64,000 nucleotides of DNA from assembly GCA_963676795.2 (NCBI GenBank), contig CAXXTB010000001.1:576001-640000 (forward strand), read 5' to 3'. The notes beneath the pieces are model-generated. The model was given only the letters and a program-made list of their open reading frames with translations, did not search any database and was not told the origin of the DNA. The position numbers were made by a program, and so were the translations under genes. Source of the stretch: Geopsychrobacteraceae bacterium (GTDB taxonomy: Bacteria; Desulfobacterota; Desulfuromonadia; Desulfuromonadales; Geopsychrobacteraceae). Positions 39,201 through 48,146 of this stretch are shown in pieces (the stretch's first letter is position 1; the number at the start of each line of letters is the position of its first letter).

Positions 39201-39543
39201 TTTTGTAGTAGGCCCCGTTGTCGTGACCGGCGAATCGGGGTTCCCTGTTCGGCAGAAAGCAGCTGTCCTCTCTGCTGAAGAAAGCCTGATGATCACGCTG
39301 CATGATCACCGCAAGATCTGAAATTTCCTCCAGCTGGCGATTGATCGACAAAACTTCCCGTGAAGCGATCTCCTCGATGTTTTTTGTCGCTTCACTGAGC
39401 AGGGTCGAACGGTTCTTTTCCGAGATATAGTAGTTGATTCCGAAGTAGAGCAGGAGCAGGGTCACTTCGATGACGAGAATCGGAATCAGTGCGCTTTTCA
39501 GGTAGTTTCCGTAGATCAGCGAATGGATACTTTTCTGTTTCAT
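36250..39543 (-). CDS. Membrane sensor histidine kinase (Cache-HAMP-PAS-HisKA-HATPase)
   Basis: Two TMs flanking a Cache-like domain (WTGAYLDPAG), PAS domains, GVAHEINTP H-box, NLIVNA, DNGAGI, PFFTTK, GSGQGL. Confidence 0.93.
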   Translation of the reverse strand: MKQKSIHSLIYGNYLKSALIPILVIEVTLLLLYFGINYYISEKNRSTLLSEATKNIEEIASREVLSINRQLEEISDLAVIMQRDHQAFFSREDSCFLPNREPRFAGHDNGAYYKTTDNGGGSLYYSATTKIGPTEMQKARCSEMLDPLLISIVETNDLVTQAYLNTWDDMNRLYPFMPDAPAQYGPAIHMEDYNFYYDADTAHNPQRKPVWTGAYLDPAGQGWMISVIVPVYRGDFLEGVSGLDVTIDAFVQHILNLKIPWGAGTFMVDDSGTILAMQDRVEKIFNLKELGPHQYTENIMSTVEKPEDFNVLKSHNEAIRAQFTRLFDSGERITSMTIDGVDYLVSQEIIDETGWRMLTMIGKTAVFAPITSLKQLSNRVGLIAIVAMLLFYALFFAFLLISSKKLTSKIALPIAELSERTKELGHDRKAGDSHLSGIDEVDNLVRNFDTMSRKLNAAMHEANDARNEADSVISDFLDSLIVVGPDARITRVNKETSLLLGYPEDELIGRQACELFADDPDKVKKAFKFPFIPETAAKSELRNIEMTLVAADGTKQPVSVNLARLTNFLNETIGVIAGAKDISDLKQAVDQAKQQSQFIQNILNTVPGGLLVFNHESRLVQSNETYDQLLKDWNETYGFSGNTLENQILKTLADIRQYQPIGSFTLNGDKEELIIEYHASKSESQNAQHDQVVFLRDVTSRHKAETNRKLQATVLEQTSDGVIVFDTEGIIQYGNLASEHMSGWPVKDLYGINTTIFRSGIHEDEFYSELWKTLLSGKVWRGALTNRRRDGSLFDTETTISPVRSSEGTITHYVSLWRDVSHERTLQRQLLQAQKLEAVGQLAAGVAHEINTPLQYIQNNLSFFKSSFEDIAPLLDELQNTLDQPENFANPDWQVNLTRLIEAADLDFVREEMIEGVNDALGGVDHVTRIVAALKEFSHPGGGGKAATNLNHLIDSASIVTRNEWKYVSELKTDLDPELPSIFCETGAISQILFNLIVNAADAIREKNDSTTPGEIRITTKTVANAIMMTVSDNGAGIRDDIKDRIFEPFFTTKEVGKGSGQGLSIVYDIVVKKHQGSIKVDSTEGVGTTMTITLPI

Positions 39544-39739
39544 GTCAGCTCCTGGCGCTTCTATGCGCAGGCGAGGGATTCTTTGATGTTACATTGGCAA
39601 AGACCAATGTCAAGTTTTTAACAAAGTGGCGAATTCAGTTTCCAGGGACGTGAGAAACAAGCAGAAAAAAATGAAGCATTGCTAATCTTTGTGGAAAATG
39701 AGATCATGCTAACCTGTTTCCGGCACAAAACAGGTGACT

Positions 39740-40840
39740 ATGATCGATTTTTCCCAGAAATACGTTCTCTTTGTCGATGACGACCCGGCCATGCTGCGCA
39801 GTATCCGGCGGCTTCTTCATCATGTTGAAGACTGCTGGACCAGTCTCTATGCCCAGTCTGTTGATGAAGCGCTGAAAATCATCGCTGAAACCCGGGTCGA
39901 TGTTGTCGTGACCGATGTCGATATGCCTGAGAAGAGTGGTTTTGATCTCCTTATGTGTCTACGCGGCACGCCTGAAACCCCCGATCTGCCGGTGCTGATC
40001 GTCACCGGTAAAGGACAATCCGGCCTGAAAGGCAAAGCCCTGAACCTGGGAGCGACCGATCTGCTGGCCAAGCCGGTAGAGCTTGAGGATCTGCTGCCGC
40101 GTATCCGTAATATGCTCAACCTGAAACATTATCAGGATCAGATCAAGGATCAGAACCGGTTGCTCGAGGAGAAGGTCCGTGAGCGGACACGGGAGCTGGA
40201 ACAGTCACAACTGGGGCTGATCTGGCAGCTGGCAAAGGCAGCCGAGTGCCGCGATACCGACACGGGGAATCACATTGCCAGGGTCGCTTATTACTGCCGG
40301 ACCCTGGCCCGAAAAGCAGGGCAGGACGAAGGTTTCTGCCAACAGATCTTTCGCGCCAGTACCCTGCATGATATCGGCAAGATCGGCATAGCGGACGATA
40401 TCCTGCTGTTTCCGGGGCGCCTTTCACAAGATCAGCGTAGCCAGATGGAGCTGCATCCTGCGCTCGGTGCCGAGCTGCTCCGCCAGACCTATTCTCCGCT
40501 GCTCAATGTCGATCAGATCTGTTTTCCTCCTGAAAAGAATCCTCTTCTGGAAATGGCTGCGGATATCGCTCTCTCTCACCACGAGTGCTGGGATGGCAGT
40601 GGCTATCCTCATGGCTTGCAGGGGGAGGCAATTCCTCTGGCTGCACGGATCTGTGCGATTGCCGATGTGTTCGATGCCTTGACCACGAAACGTCCATACA
40701 AAGAGCCGTTCACCGAGGATGTTGTGCTGAAAATTATGAATGAAAAGTGTGCCGTTCACTTTGATCCACAGCTGTTTGTTTGTTTTGAAGAGAGTCTTGA
40801 CGAATTCAATCAGATTAAAATGACCCTGATGGATGATTAA
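39740..40840 (+). CDS. Response regulator with HD-GYP phosphodiesterase domain (RpfG-like)
   Basis: REC (VDDD, TDVDMP, KP), HDIGKIG, HHECWDGSGYP, ADVFDAL. Confidence 0.93.
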   Translation: MIDFSQKYVLFVDDDPAMLRSIRRLLHHVEDCWTSLYAQSVDEALKIIAETRVDVVVTDVDMPEKSGFDLLMCLRGTPETPDLPVLIVTGKGQSGLKGKALNLGATDLLAKPVELEDLLPRIRNMLNLKHYQDQIKDQNRLLEEKVRERTRELEQSQLGLIWQLAKAAECRDTDTGNHIARVAYYCRTLARKAGQDEGFCQQIFRASTLHDIGKIGIADDILLFPGRLSQDQRSQMELHPALGAELLRQTYSPLLNVDQICFPPEKNPLLEMAADIALSHHECWDGSGYPHGLQGEAIPLAARICAIADVFDALTTKRPYKEPFTEDVVLKIMNEKCAVHFDPQLFVCFEESLDEFNQIKMTLMDD

Positions 40841-42154
40841 ATGAATCAGAAGCTTAAGGTTCTTGCTGTTGATGATGATACCGTCCTGCTGGCTTCTCTG
40901 CGCAGAACCTTGGGGGACGAGTCGATCGCGCTTTTCACGCTGTCGAATCCCTATGAGGTCGTTGATGAGCTCAAGCGTCGGAAGATTGACGTTGTGCTGC
41001 TCGATCTGCGCATGCCGGGACGCGGCGGGATGGATGTGCTCAAAGATGTCAAGACGCTGTGGCCGGAGCTTCCGGTGCTGATGCTGACCGGCACTGGCGG
41101 CATCCAGGATGCGGTTGAGGCGCTTAAAGCCGGGGCCGACGATTTTCTGGAAAAACCCTGCGCGCCGCATCTTCTGCAAGCCAAGCTGGCAGAATACAGT
41201 CCGCAGCAGAGAGCGGTGGAAGCGCTGTCCGGGGCTGAGCTGTTTCCTGACCTGATCGGTGAATCTCCGGCCATGCTGAACCTCAAGCACCTGATCCGGA
41301 AAATCGCTGTTTCCGAGGCCAGCATCCTGGTTCATGGCGAGACCGGGGTCGGCAAGGAGCTGGTTGCCCGTTCAATCCATGGCTTAAGTCTGCGCATGGG
41401 GAAGCCCTTTGTTGCTGTGGATTGCGCCAGCTTCAGTGAACAGATTATCGAAAGTGAATTGTTCGGCCATTGCCGTGGTGCTTTTACCGGGGCGGAACGA
41501 AACAGGCAGGGGCTCTTCCAGGTGGCTGACGGGAGCTCGCTGTTCCTCGACGAGATCGGCGAGTTTCCCATGGAGCTCCAGGCCAAGCTGCTGCGTGCCC
41601 TGCAGGAACGCCAGGTCCGCCCCGTCGGTTCCAATACCACGATTCCGGTCGATATCCGCCTGATCGCGGCGACCAACCGGAACCTGGAAGAGGAAGCTGA
41701 ACAGGGGCGGTTCCGCAGTGATCTGTATTTTCGCCTTGCGGCCATAGAGATCGAGGTGCCGCCGCTGCGGGAACGAGCTGAAGATATCCCGCTGATCGTC
41801 GCTCACTTTCTCGCCCGTCAGGGGGGCGGTTCGGGCTGCGATGCCGAGGCGCTGGAGCTGTTGCAGAATTATCCCTGGCCCGGCAATATCCGGGAATTGG
41901 AAAACGTCCTTACCAGGGCCGTCGCTCTGGCCGGTGGGGCGCAGCTCGGTGTGAGGGACCTCCCCGCCAAGCTGGTAAAAACAACCTTTGTCACAGATAA
42001 AATTTCGCTGGCCCTGTCGGAGAAAGAGACCCTGGAAACGGCCCTGGCCGCTGCAACTGGCAACCGAAAGGAGGCCGCGCGGATTCTTGGTCTCAGTGAA
42101 GCGACGCTCTACCGAAAACTGAAGAAGGCGGGACTCTCAAAAGTGAGAGACTGA
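40841..42154 (+). CDS. Sigma54-dependent response regulator (NtrC family)
   Basis: REC, GETGVGKE, GAFTGA, LDEIGE, Fis HTH. Confidence 0.94.
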   Translation: MNQKLKVLAVDDDTVLLASLRRTLGDESIALFTLSNPYEVVDELKRRKIDVVLLDLRMPGRGGMDVLKDVKTLWPELPVLMLTGTGGIQDAVEALKAGADDFLEKPCAPHLLQAKLAEYSPQQRAVEALSGAELFPDLIGESPAMLNLKHLIRKIAVSEASILVHGETGVGKELVARSIHGLSLRMGKPFVAVDCASFSEQIIESELFGHCRGAFTGAERNRQGLFQVADGSSLFLDEIGEFPMELQAKLLRALQERQVRPVGSNTTIPVDIRLIAATNRNLEEEAEQGRFRSDLYFRLAAIEIEVPPLRERAEDIPLIVAHFLARQGGGSGCDAEALELLQNYPWPGNIRELENVLTRAVALAGGAQLGVRDLPAKLVKTTFVTDKISLALSEKETLETALAAATGNRKEAARILGLSEATLYRKLKKAGLSKVRD

Positions 42155-42180
42155 CCGGCTGTCACTCTCATTTCTGCAAG
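42134..42180. promoter_or_regulatory. Tandem palindromic upstream activator sites (putative)
   Basis: CTCTCA-aaag-TGAGAG (42134) and CTCTCA-tttc-TGCAAG (42165), 31 bp apart. Confidence 0.6.
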
Positions 42181-42289
42181 TCCGGCTCCGGCCTGTGGAC
42201 GGGAAATTGCTCTGTGATTTCCCGTTTGTGTTTTTGTAAATTACCGATCTTTCTAAGTTCTTCCGGTTTTTTTGGCAAATATTCATGGA

Positions 42290-42305
42290 TTGGCCTGAAC
42301 CTTGC
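42290..42305 (+). promoter_or_regulatory. Sigma54 (-24/-12) promoter
   Basis: TTGGCCTGAACCTTGC = TGGC-N7-TTGC. Confidence 0.75.
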
Positions 42306-42356
42306 CGTGTCTGGCGTAAAATAATTTAAATTTTTTTGAGAAAAGGATATCTGGTC

Positions 42357-42731
42357 ATGAAACGAATTCTTATTGTTGACGATTCAACTACAGCACGAAT
42401 GATCATCAGGAAATGTCTGCAGATTGTCGGCTTTGAAGAGTGGGAGGTTGTCGAAGCGAGCAACGGCCGTGAAGCTCTCAACGCGGCAAAGCAGGATCAT
42501 GTCAACCTGGTGCTCACAGACCTGAATATGCCGGTGATGGACGGTGTAACCCTGATTAAATGGCTGAAGAGCAACCCTAAGCTGAACGAACTTCCGGTCG
42601 TGGTTATTTCAAGTGCGGGGAACCCGGAGAAGCAGCGGGAGCTCAATTCCCTGGGAGTCAGCAATGTGATCGGCAAGCCGCTGTCACCAAACCATCTGCA
42701 TCAGGCGTTGGCGCCGTACTGGGCTATTTAG
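42357..42731 (+). CDS. Single-domain CheY-like response regulator
   Basis: ILIVDDS, LTDLNMPVMDG, ISS, KP. Confidence 0.92.
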   Translation: MKRILIVDDSTTARMIIRKCLQIVGFEEWEVVEASNGREALNAAKQDHVNLVLTDLNMPVMDGVTLIKWLKSNPKLNELPVVVISSAGNPEKQRELNSLGVSNVIGKPLSPNHLHQALAPYWAI

Positions 42732-42864
42732 CTGGTTGACAGATTTGTCTTGCCGGAAATGCTGAAGGATTGAAAATCAAAGGAGAACCTGCCCTTGGTG
42801 ATTGATATTTATAAGTTTGTGGATTAGAGTTAGTTGTGTCTAATTCATGGGGGCTTGTCAGACT

Positions 42865-44052
42865 ATGCAGAAACGACTCAAGGCGTTGTTTGTCGATGAC
42901 AATCTGGAGTTTCTCAAAGGGCTGCAGAGAAATCTCAGGTCATTTACGGACTGGGAGATCTATTATCTGACGAATGCCGAGGATACTGCACTCCTGCTCG
43001 AGCAGGAGAAGATTGATGTCCTTTTCAGCGACTTCCAGATGCCCGGACAGAACGGTCTTGAGTTGCTCGCTGGCGCGGAAATCCACAGCCCGCATGCCAT
43101 CCGGGTACTGTTTTCCGGACAACAGCAGCGCCTGACTTACCTGCATAACGTCAACGTCTTTCACTATTTTTTCTGGAAGCCGCTGAAAATCGAAGGATTG
43201 AAGCGGTTCTTCAGAATGATGACCCACCTCTATCATCTGATCGAAGATGAAACCCTGGCATCGGAGCTGAATTCGGTCTCCTCCTTTCCAATTTACCCGG
43301 AAAACTACGAACTCCTGACCCGGGCCCTTGACAAACCCGACTGTCAGATCTCTCAGATCGCCTATATTGTCAGAAAAGACATGGCACTGACCCTGCAGAT
43401 CTTCAAGCTGGCCAGCTCGGCCGGCTATGCCCTGGATGAGGGGCTGTCACGGATTGAGGATGCCATCGCTTATCTCGATATCAATTCCCTGCGTTCGATC
43501 GTCAGCGCCCGGAATGTTATCACGACCTTCGACCTGAACGATTGCCCTGAGTTCAAATTCGATCTGCTTCAGCAGCACGTTTTTACCGTGGTCAAGGTGG
43601 CGGAGGCCTATCTGAGAGATTGCGAGGACAAGACCCTGGTGTCGAACGCACTGCTCTGTTGCCTGGTCCATGATGTCGGGCGTCTGATCCTGGCGACTCA
43701 TTTTGCTGCGAAGTACCGGCATGTGATCACGAAGAGTAAAGCCGGAGGGCTGCGCTTTGCCACAGTTGAGAAAGAACTGTTCGGTGCTGATCACACGACG
43801 ATCGGGGCTTACCTCTGCGCCCTGTGGGGGCTGCCGATCGCCATCGCCGATGCCATCATGGAACACTCTGCCCCTGCGCCGCCGGTCAAAAGTGATGAGT
43901 CGATGATTTCCTGGATACTCTGGCATGCCAACCAGATTGCCCTGGGCAAAACGGAACAGTCCGGCGAGTTTCTCGCCGTTATTGAAGAGGACGCCGTGCT
44001 GAAAGATTTCCTTGCCAAGATCTGCTCTGCGCATCGGAACGGGGGAGGGTAA
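42865..44052 (+). CDS. REC-HDOD protein
   Basis: REC (VDD, SDFQMPG, WKP) plus HDOD (VHDVGRL, HTTIGAYL..LWGLP); alternative start 42847. Confidence 0.88.
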   Translation: MQKRLKALFVDDNLEFLKGLQRNLRSFTDWEIYYLTNAEDTALLLEQEKIDVLFSDFQMPGQNGLELLAGAEIHSPHAIRVLFSGQQQRLTYLHNVNVFHYFFWKPLKIEGLKRFFRMMTHLYHLIEDETLASELNSVSSFPIYPENYELLTRALDKPDCQISQIAYIVRKDMALTLQIFKLASSAGYALDEGLSRIEDAIAYLDINSLRSIVSARNVITTFDLNDCPEFKFDLLQQHVFTVVKVAEAYLRDCEDKTLVSNALLCCLVHDVGRLILATHFAAKYRHVITKSKAGGLRFATVEKELFGADHTTIGAYLCALWGLPIAIADAIMEHSAPAPPVKSDESMISWILWHANQIALGKTEQSGEFLAVIEEDAVLKDFLAKICSAHRNGGG

Positions 44053-44058
44053 CGAGCT

Positions 44059-45675
44059 TTGCAAGCCGATGACGTAAGAGGCTATCGGGAGGGTGCGACG
44101 GTTCTTTTCAGCGAGGAGAATCCGCGCTTCAACCTGACCCTGGAACTGTCTGCTGATCAGATGGCTTGCATTGCTGTGCTCTCTTTGTATGACCATACCT
44201 CCCACTTGACTGCAGCACTTGATGAAGGGAACTCACAGGAAGAGGCAGTTCCTCAAGAGGTCGCTGCGCATCAGCCTGCTCCACAGGATCTCAGTGCCGC
44301 CCTGACCCCGCCGGAGATGTTCTGGTTCCTGATCCAGAACGGGATCGTCCAGACGATCGATTATCCGGCGGTCTACGAGTTCTGCGCCGAGGTCGATCTG
44401 GGCCATTGCCCAGAGCCGACAATCGTCGCCCGGGGCGTCCCGGCGCAGAAAGGGCCGGACGGCTGGTTTGAGCTCTATGTCAAAACATCCGGTCGGGAGA
44501 TCGACCTGAATGAGGATGATGAAGGGAAGATCGATTTCAAGAATCTCAACGCCTACAGTGAAATTCTTGCCGGCCAGAAGCTCGGTGTTGTTCATCTGCC
44601 CAAACCCGGGCAAACCGGAATGTCCGTTCAGGGCGTGCCCTTGCCGGCTGATCCCGGCGAGCCCTGCCAGCTGACAGCCGGGGAGGGGGTCGAACTGAAA
44701 TTCAATGATCGCGCCGCCTTTGCGACAAAGGCGGGGCGGGCCGTCTACGACAGGAACAGGCTGTCTGTTGTCGATTCGATCCTGGTCCGTGGCAATGTCG
44801 ATCTGACCATCGGCAATATCAACTTCAACGGCTCGGTTGAAATCAAGGGGGATGTGCCTGACGATTTCGACGTCAAATCCAGTCAGGACCTGGTTGTCAG
44901 GGGGACGGCCGGAGCCTGCCACATCGAGAGCGGCGGATCGATGACCCTGGGGAGTATGGCGGGGAAGGAGATCGGGGAGATTGTCTGCAAAGGGGATCTC
45001 CATGTCGGCTATCTGAATCAGGTGACGGTTCACTGCTTTGGGGACGTGATCGTCAAGAACGAGATCCGCAATTCCCTGGTCAAAGCAACCGGGCGAGTCG
45101 TTGTTGAGCGTGGGGCGATCATCGGTGGTGAAACGATCGCGTATTGCGGTATCGAAGCCAGTATCCTGGGGGCGGTATCGGGGCTGCGCACAGTCCTGGC
45201 GGCCGGGCGCTATTTCCCCGATGCCGATCGTTTCAGCTACCTCTATGAGCGCAGAAATTATCTGGAGAAACACCTGGTTTCGATAAGCGATGCGATCGTA
45301 CCGCTCAGAGCCATGGGGGTTAAGAAAAAACAGTTTCTCGCCGGTGTTCAGAAGCGGCTCGAGGTGTTGACCGATCAGGCCGCAAAAATTGAAGAACAGC
45401 TGCGTCTGATCAATGCAGAGATAGCTGCGTCTGTTCCTCAGCATCCTCCCGGAAAGAGAGCCAAGGTCAACGCGCTGTCAAAGGTTATGGAAGGGGTGGA
45501 GCTGCATCTCGACCAGGTCATTTATCATGTCACTGAGGAAAGGCGTGGGAGCTGCAGCATGCAGGTCAGCCGAAAAACAGGAGAGCTGTGCTTTCTTAAG
45601 CTTGGCTCCCTGGATCTGGATCAGCAGGCTGAAGATGATGATTCGCCTGGCAAAAAAGATGGGGGTGAGGGGTGA
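44059..45675 (+). CDS. DUF342 / FapA-family protein
   Basis: GKIDFKNL, PKPGQTGMSVQG, GNVDLTIGNINFNGSVEIKGDV beta-helix repeats, C-terminal coiled coil; TTG start with GGAGG RBS. Confidence 0.85.
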   Translation: MQADDVRGYREGATVLFSEENPRFNLTLELSADQMACIAVLSLYDHTSHLTAALDEGNSQEEAVPQEVAAHQPAPQDLSAALTPPEMFWFLIQNGIVQTIDYPAVYEFCAEVDLGHCPEPTIVARGVPAQKGPDGWFELYVKTSGREIDLNEDDEGKIDFKNLNAYSEILAGQKLGVVHLPKPGQTGMSVQGVPLPADPGEPCQLTAGEGVELKFNDRAAFATKAGRAVYDRNRLSVVDSILVRGNVDLTIGNINFNGSVEIKGDVPDDFDVKSSQDLVVRGTAGACHIESGGSMTLGSMAGKEIGEIVCKGDLHVGYLNQVTVHCFGDVIVKNEIRNSLVKATGRVVVERGAIIGGETIAYCGIEASILGAVSGLRTVLAAGRYFPDADRFSYLYERRNYLEKHLVSISDAIVPLRAMGVKKKQFLAGVQKRLEVLTDQAAKIEEQLRLINAEIAASVPQHPPGKRAKVNALSKVMEGVELHLDQVIYHVTEERRGSCSMQVSRKTGELCFLKLGSLDLDQQAEDDDSPGKKDGGEG

Positions 45676-45712
45676 GACTGTTGTCGCAGCCTGAGAGGAT
45701 GGAATAAAGCCG

Positions 45713-46864
45713 ATGGAAAAGATCCTGTTTGTCGATGATGACCCGGCCCTGCTCAAGGGGCTCAAGCGCGGTCTTTACGCTGAGCGCAAAGACTGGCAGA
45801 TGACCTTTGTTGAAAATGCCCGGCAGGCCCTGGAGTTACTGGCGACGGAGCCCTACGATATCATCGTCACTGATTTTAGGATGCCGGGGATGTCGGGTTA
45901 TGAATTGCTGACGGAGATCAGTCAGCGTTATCCGAAAATGATCCGGATCATTCTCACCGGTCAGCCGGATATGCAGTCCTACGCCGATTCGATCAACGTC
46001 TGTCACTATTTTCTCTGGAAACCTCTCGACATCAACATGATGAGCACGCTGCTGCGGCGGCTCCGAACTTTGCACGATATTCTTGCAGATGACCGCCTTG
46101 AAGAGCTAATCAACGGGCTCTCTGCGTTACCGACTCTGCCCGATGTCTATGTCAGGCTGACTGCTCTGCTGAATGATCCCGAAGGGGCCGTGGGCGAGAT
46201 TGCCGGTCTGGTCAAGGATGATGCCAGCCTGACTATACAGGTCCTGAAGATGGTCAACTCGTCGTTTTTCGGCCTGGTCAGAACCATATCGACACTTGAT
46301 GAGGCCTTGAAATTCATCGGCCTGAATACCCTGCGCAGCCTGATTCTTGCTCACAAGATTTACGCTTTGGATGATGTCCGGTACCTGGCCCTGACCGGGC
46401 CGCTGCAACGCCTCTGGCGGCATAGTATTCAGACTGCTCAGCTGAGTGAGGGGTTGGTGCGTGGCAGGGATGACAGGCCTTTCGAGGCCTATGCCTCCAT
46501 TGCCGGTATCCTGCACGATGTCGGCCGCTACCTGATCATGACCCAGATGTATGACAGCTGGAAGGAGATTCTGGCCCGGGGTGGAGACTATCTGAAGGCC
46601 GAATATGAGGTCCTGGGCGTCAGTCACGCTGAAATAGGAGCGTACCTGGCCAGCCTGTGGGGCTTGCCGCTGGCAATCGTCGAGTCGATCTATTTCCATC
46701 ATGGACCCAGGCCGGAGACCTGCAGTGGATTGCAGACCATCGCCTCGGCCGTCTGGCATGCCAACCGCATCAGTCATGGCGAGCGAAGTGAATCGGCCGC
46801 TGAATACAGCAAACTGCTGAGTCAACCCGATCTGAAGAAGTTCCTGCTGGGTATCGAGGGATGA
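45713..46864 (+). CDS. REC-HDOD protein
   Basis: REC (VDDD, TDFRMPG, WKP) plus HDOD (LPTLP, VNSSFFG, LHDVGR, HAEIGAYL..LWGLP). Confidence 0.9.
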   Translation: MEKILFVDDDPALLKGLKRGLYAERKDWQMTFVENARQALELLATEPYDIIVTDFRMPGMSGYELLTEISQRYPKMIRIILTGQPDMQSYADSINVCHYFLWKPLDINMMSTLLRRLRTLHDILADDRLEELINGLSALPTLPDVYVRLTALLNDPEGAVGEIAGLVKDDASLTIQVLKMVNSSFFGLVRTISTLDEALKFIGLNTLRSLILAHKIYALDDVRYLALTGPLQRLWRHSIQTAQLSEGLVRGRDDRPFEAYASIAGILHDVGRYLIMTQMYDSWKEILARGGDYLKAEYEVLGVSHAEIGAYLASLWGLPLAIVESIYFHHGPRPETCSGLQTIASAVWHANRISHGERSESAAEYSKLLSQPDLKKFLLGIEG

Positions 46865-46885
46865 TCAAGTGTTTGTCTCAACCTT

Positions 46886-46959
46886 AATTCGGTTCTGCCC
46901 GTTAGATGGGCGTAGCCCATCGTTGGGCAGAACCGGAAAAACTCAGCATTGCTGAGTTT
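46886..46959. repeat. Short self-closed member of the 4969/62885 repeat family plus a second hairpin
   Basis: aattcggttctgcccgt-ta-gatgggc-gta-gcccatc-gttgggcagaaccg, then aaactcagc-att-gctgagttt. Confidence 0.75.
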
Positions 46960-46986
46960 CGGTGAAAACCAGCCTAGCCATTATGG

Positions 46987-48132
46987 CTAGACCAGCGCCT
47001 GCTGCAGATCCTCCCAAAGGTCCTCGACATCTTCAATTCCCGTCGAAATGCGTAACAGTCCTTCAGTGATCCCCAGTTTGAGTTTGAAGTCGGCCGGCAT
47101 CGCCGCGTGCGACATGCTCCAGCAGTGGGTGAGGATGGTTTCGACCCCGCCCAGGCTGGGTGCGATGATCGGCAGTTTGATCTTTTTCAGCAGTGCCGGG
47201 ACCTGGTTTTTGTCCTTCACTTCAAAAGAGAGAACCGCCCCGGCACCGCTGGCCTGGGAAAAATGCAGTTCCTTCTGGGCAAAATCATCGAGTCCGGGGT
47301 AGAGGACCCGCGCTACGCAGGGATGCTGCTGCAGCCGTTCAGCCAGGATTTGTGCCGACTGCTGGGCGGCATCGAGGCGCAGTTTCAAGGTCTTGAGCCC
47401 GCGTGAGAGCAGGAAGCAGTCGAAGGGGGCAAGCACAGCGCCGAAGCCGTTGTGAAAGCGCCTGAGTCTGGCTGCCAGCTCATCATTGTCGGTGACCACA
47501 ACACCGGCGAGCAGATCACTGTGGCCGCCGAGAAACTTGGTGGCGCTGTGGATCACAAGATCGATGCCCAGCTCGATGGGGCGTTGCAGCAGCGGGGTCA
47601 TGAAGGTGTTATCAAGCAGGGTCAGTAGTCCGTGCTGTTTGGCCAGGGTGACGATGCCGCGCAGATCGGAGATCAGAAACGACGGGTTGGACGGCGTCTC
47701 GATGAAGATTCCGCGTGTTTTTTCTGTCACTGCCGCCTCAATAAGGGCCAGATCGGTCATATCGACATAGCTGACCTCGATCCCCTGCTCGGGGAGAATC
47801 TGACGCAGATAGCGGTAGCTGCCGCCGTAAAGGTCGAGCGGGGCAATCAGGTGATCGCCACTGCGCAGCAGCGACAGAGCGGTGCCGGTTGCGGCCATGC
47901 CGGAGGAACAGGCAAAACCGAAGCGCGCTCCTTCGAGCAGGGCCACGGCCTCTTCCACCTGCCGGCGGCTCGGATTGCCACTGCGCGCATAGTCGAACTC
48001 TCCGGCCTCGCCCTGTGGATGGTGGTAGGTCGAGGCCTGATAGATCGGCACCGTTGAGGCTCCGGTATGAGGGTCGCGGTCCTGCTTTTGATGAACCAGT
48101 CGGGTGGCGATGCGGTAGTTGTGTTCTGCCAT
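46987..48132 (-). CDS. metC: Trans-sulfuration PLP enzyme, probable cystathionine beta-lyase
   Basis: YARSGNP, ETPSNP, DNTF, SATKFLGGHSD, SLGGVE. Specificity is inferred from the metI-metC-like pairing. Confidence 0.75.
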   Translation of the reverse strand: MAEHNYRIATRLVHQKQDRDPHTGASTVPIYQASTYHHPQGEAGEFDYARSGNPSRRQVEEAVALLEGARFGFACSSGMAATGTALSLLRSGDHLIAPLDLYGGSYRYLRQILPEQGIEVSYVDMTDLALIEAAVTEKTRGIFIETPSNPSFLISDLRGIVTLAKQHGLLTLLDNTFMTPLLQRPIELGIDLVIHSATKFLGGHSDLLAGVVVTDNDELAARLRRFHNGFGAVLAPFDCFLLSRGLKTLKLRLDAAQQSAQILAERLQQHPCVARVLYPGLDDFAQKELHFSQASGAGAVLSFEVKDKNQVPALLKKIKLPIIAPSLGGVETILTHCWSMSHAAMPADFKLKLGITEGLLRISTGIEDVEDLWEDLQQALV

Positions 48133-48146
48133 GTTCAATTGTCCTT

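Noticed and set aside
42778..42830. AAGGAG followed by a ~10-codon ORF
   Set aside because: Too short, weak start codon and no supporting features.
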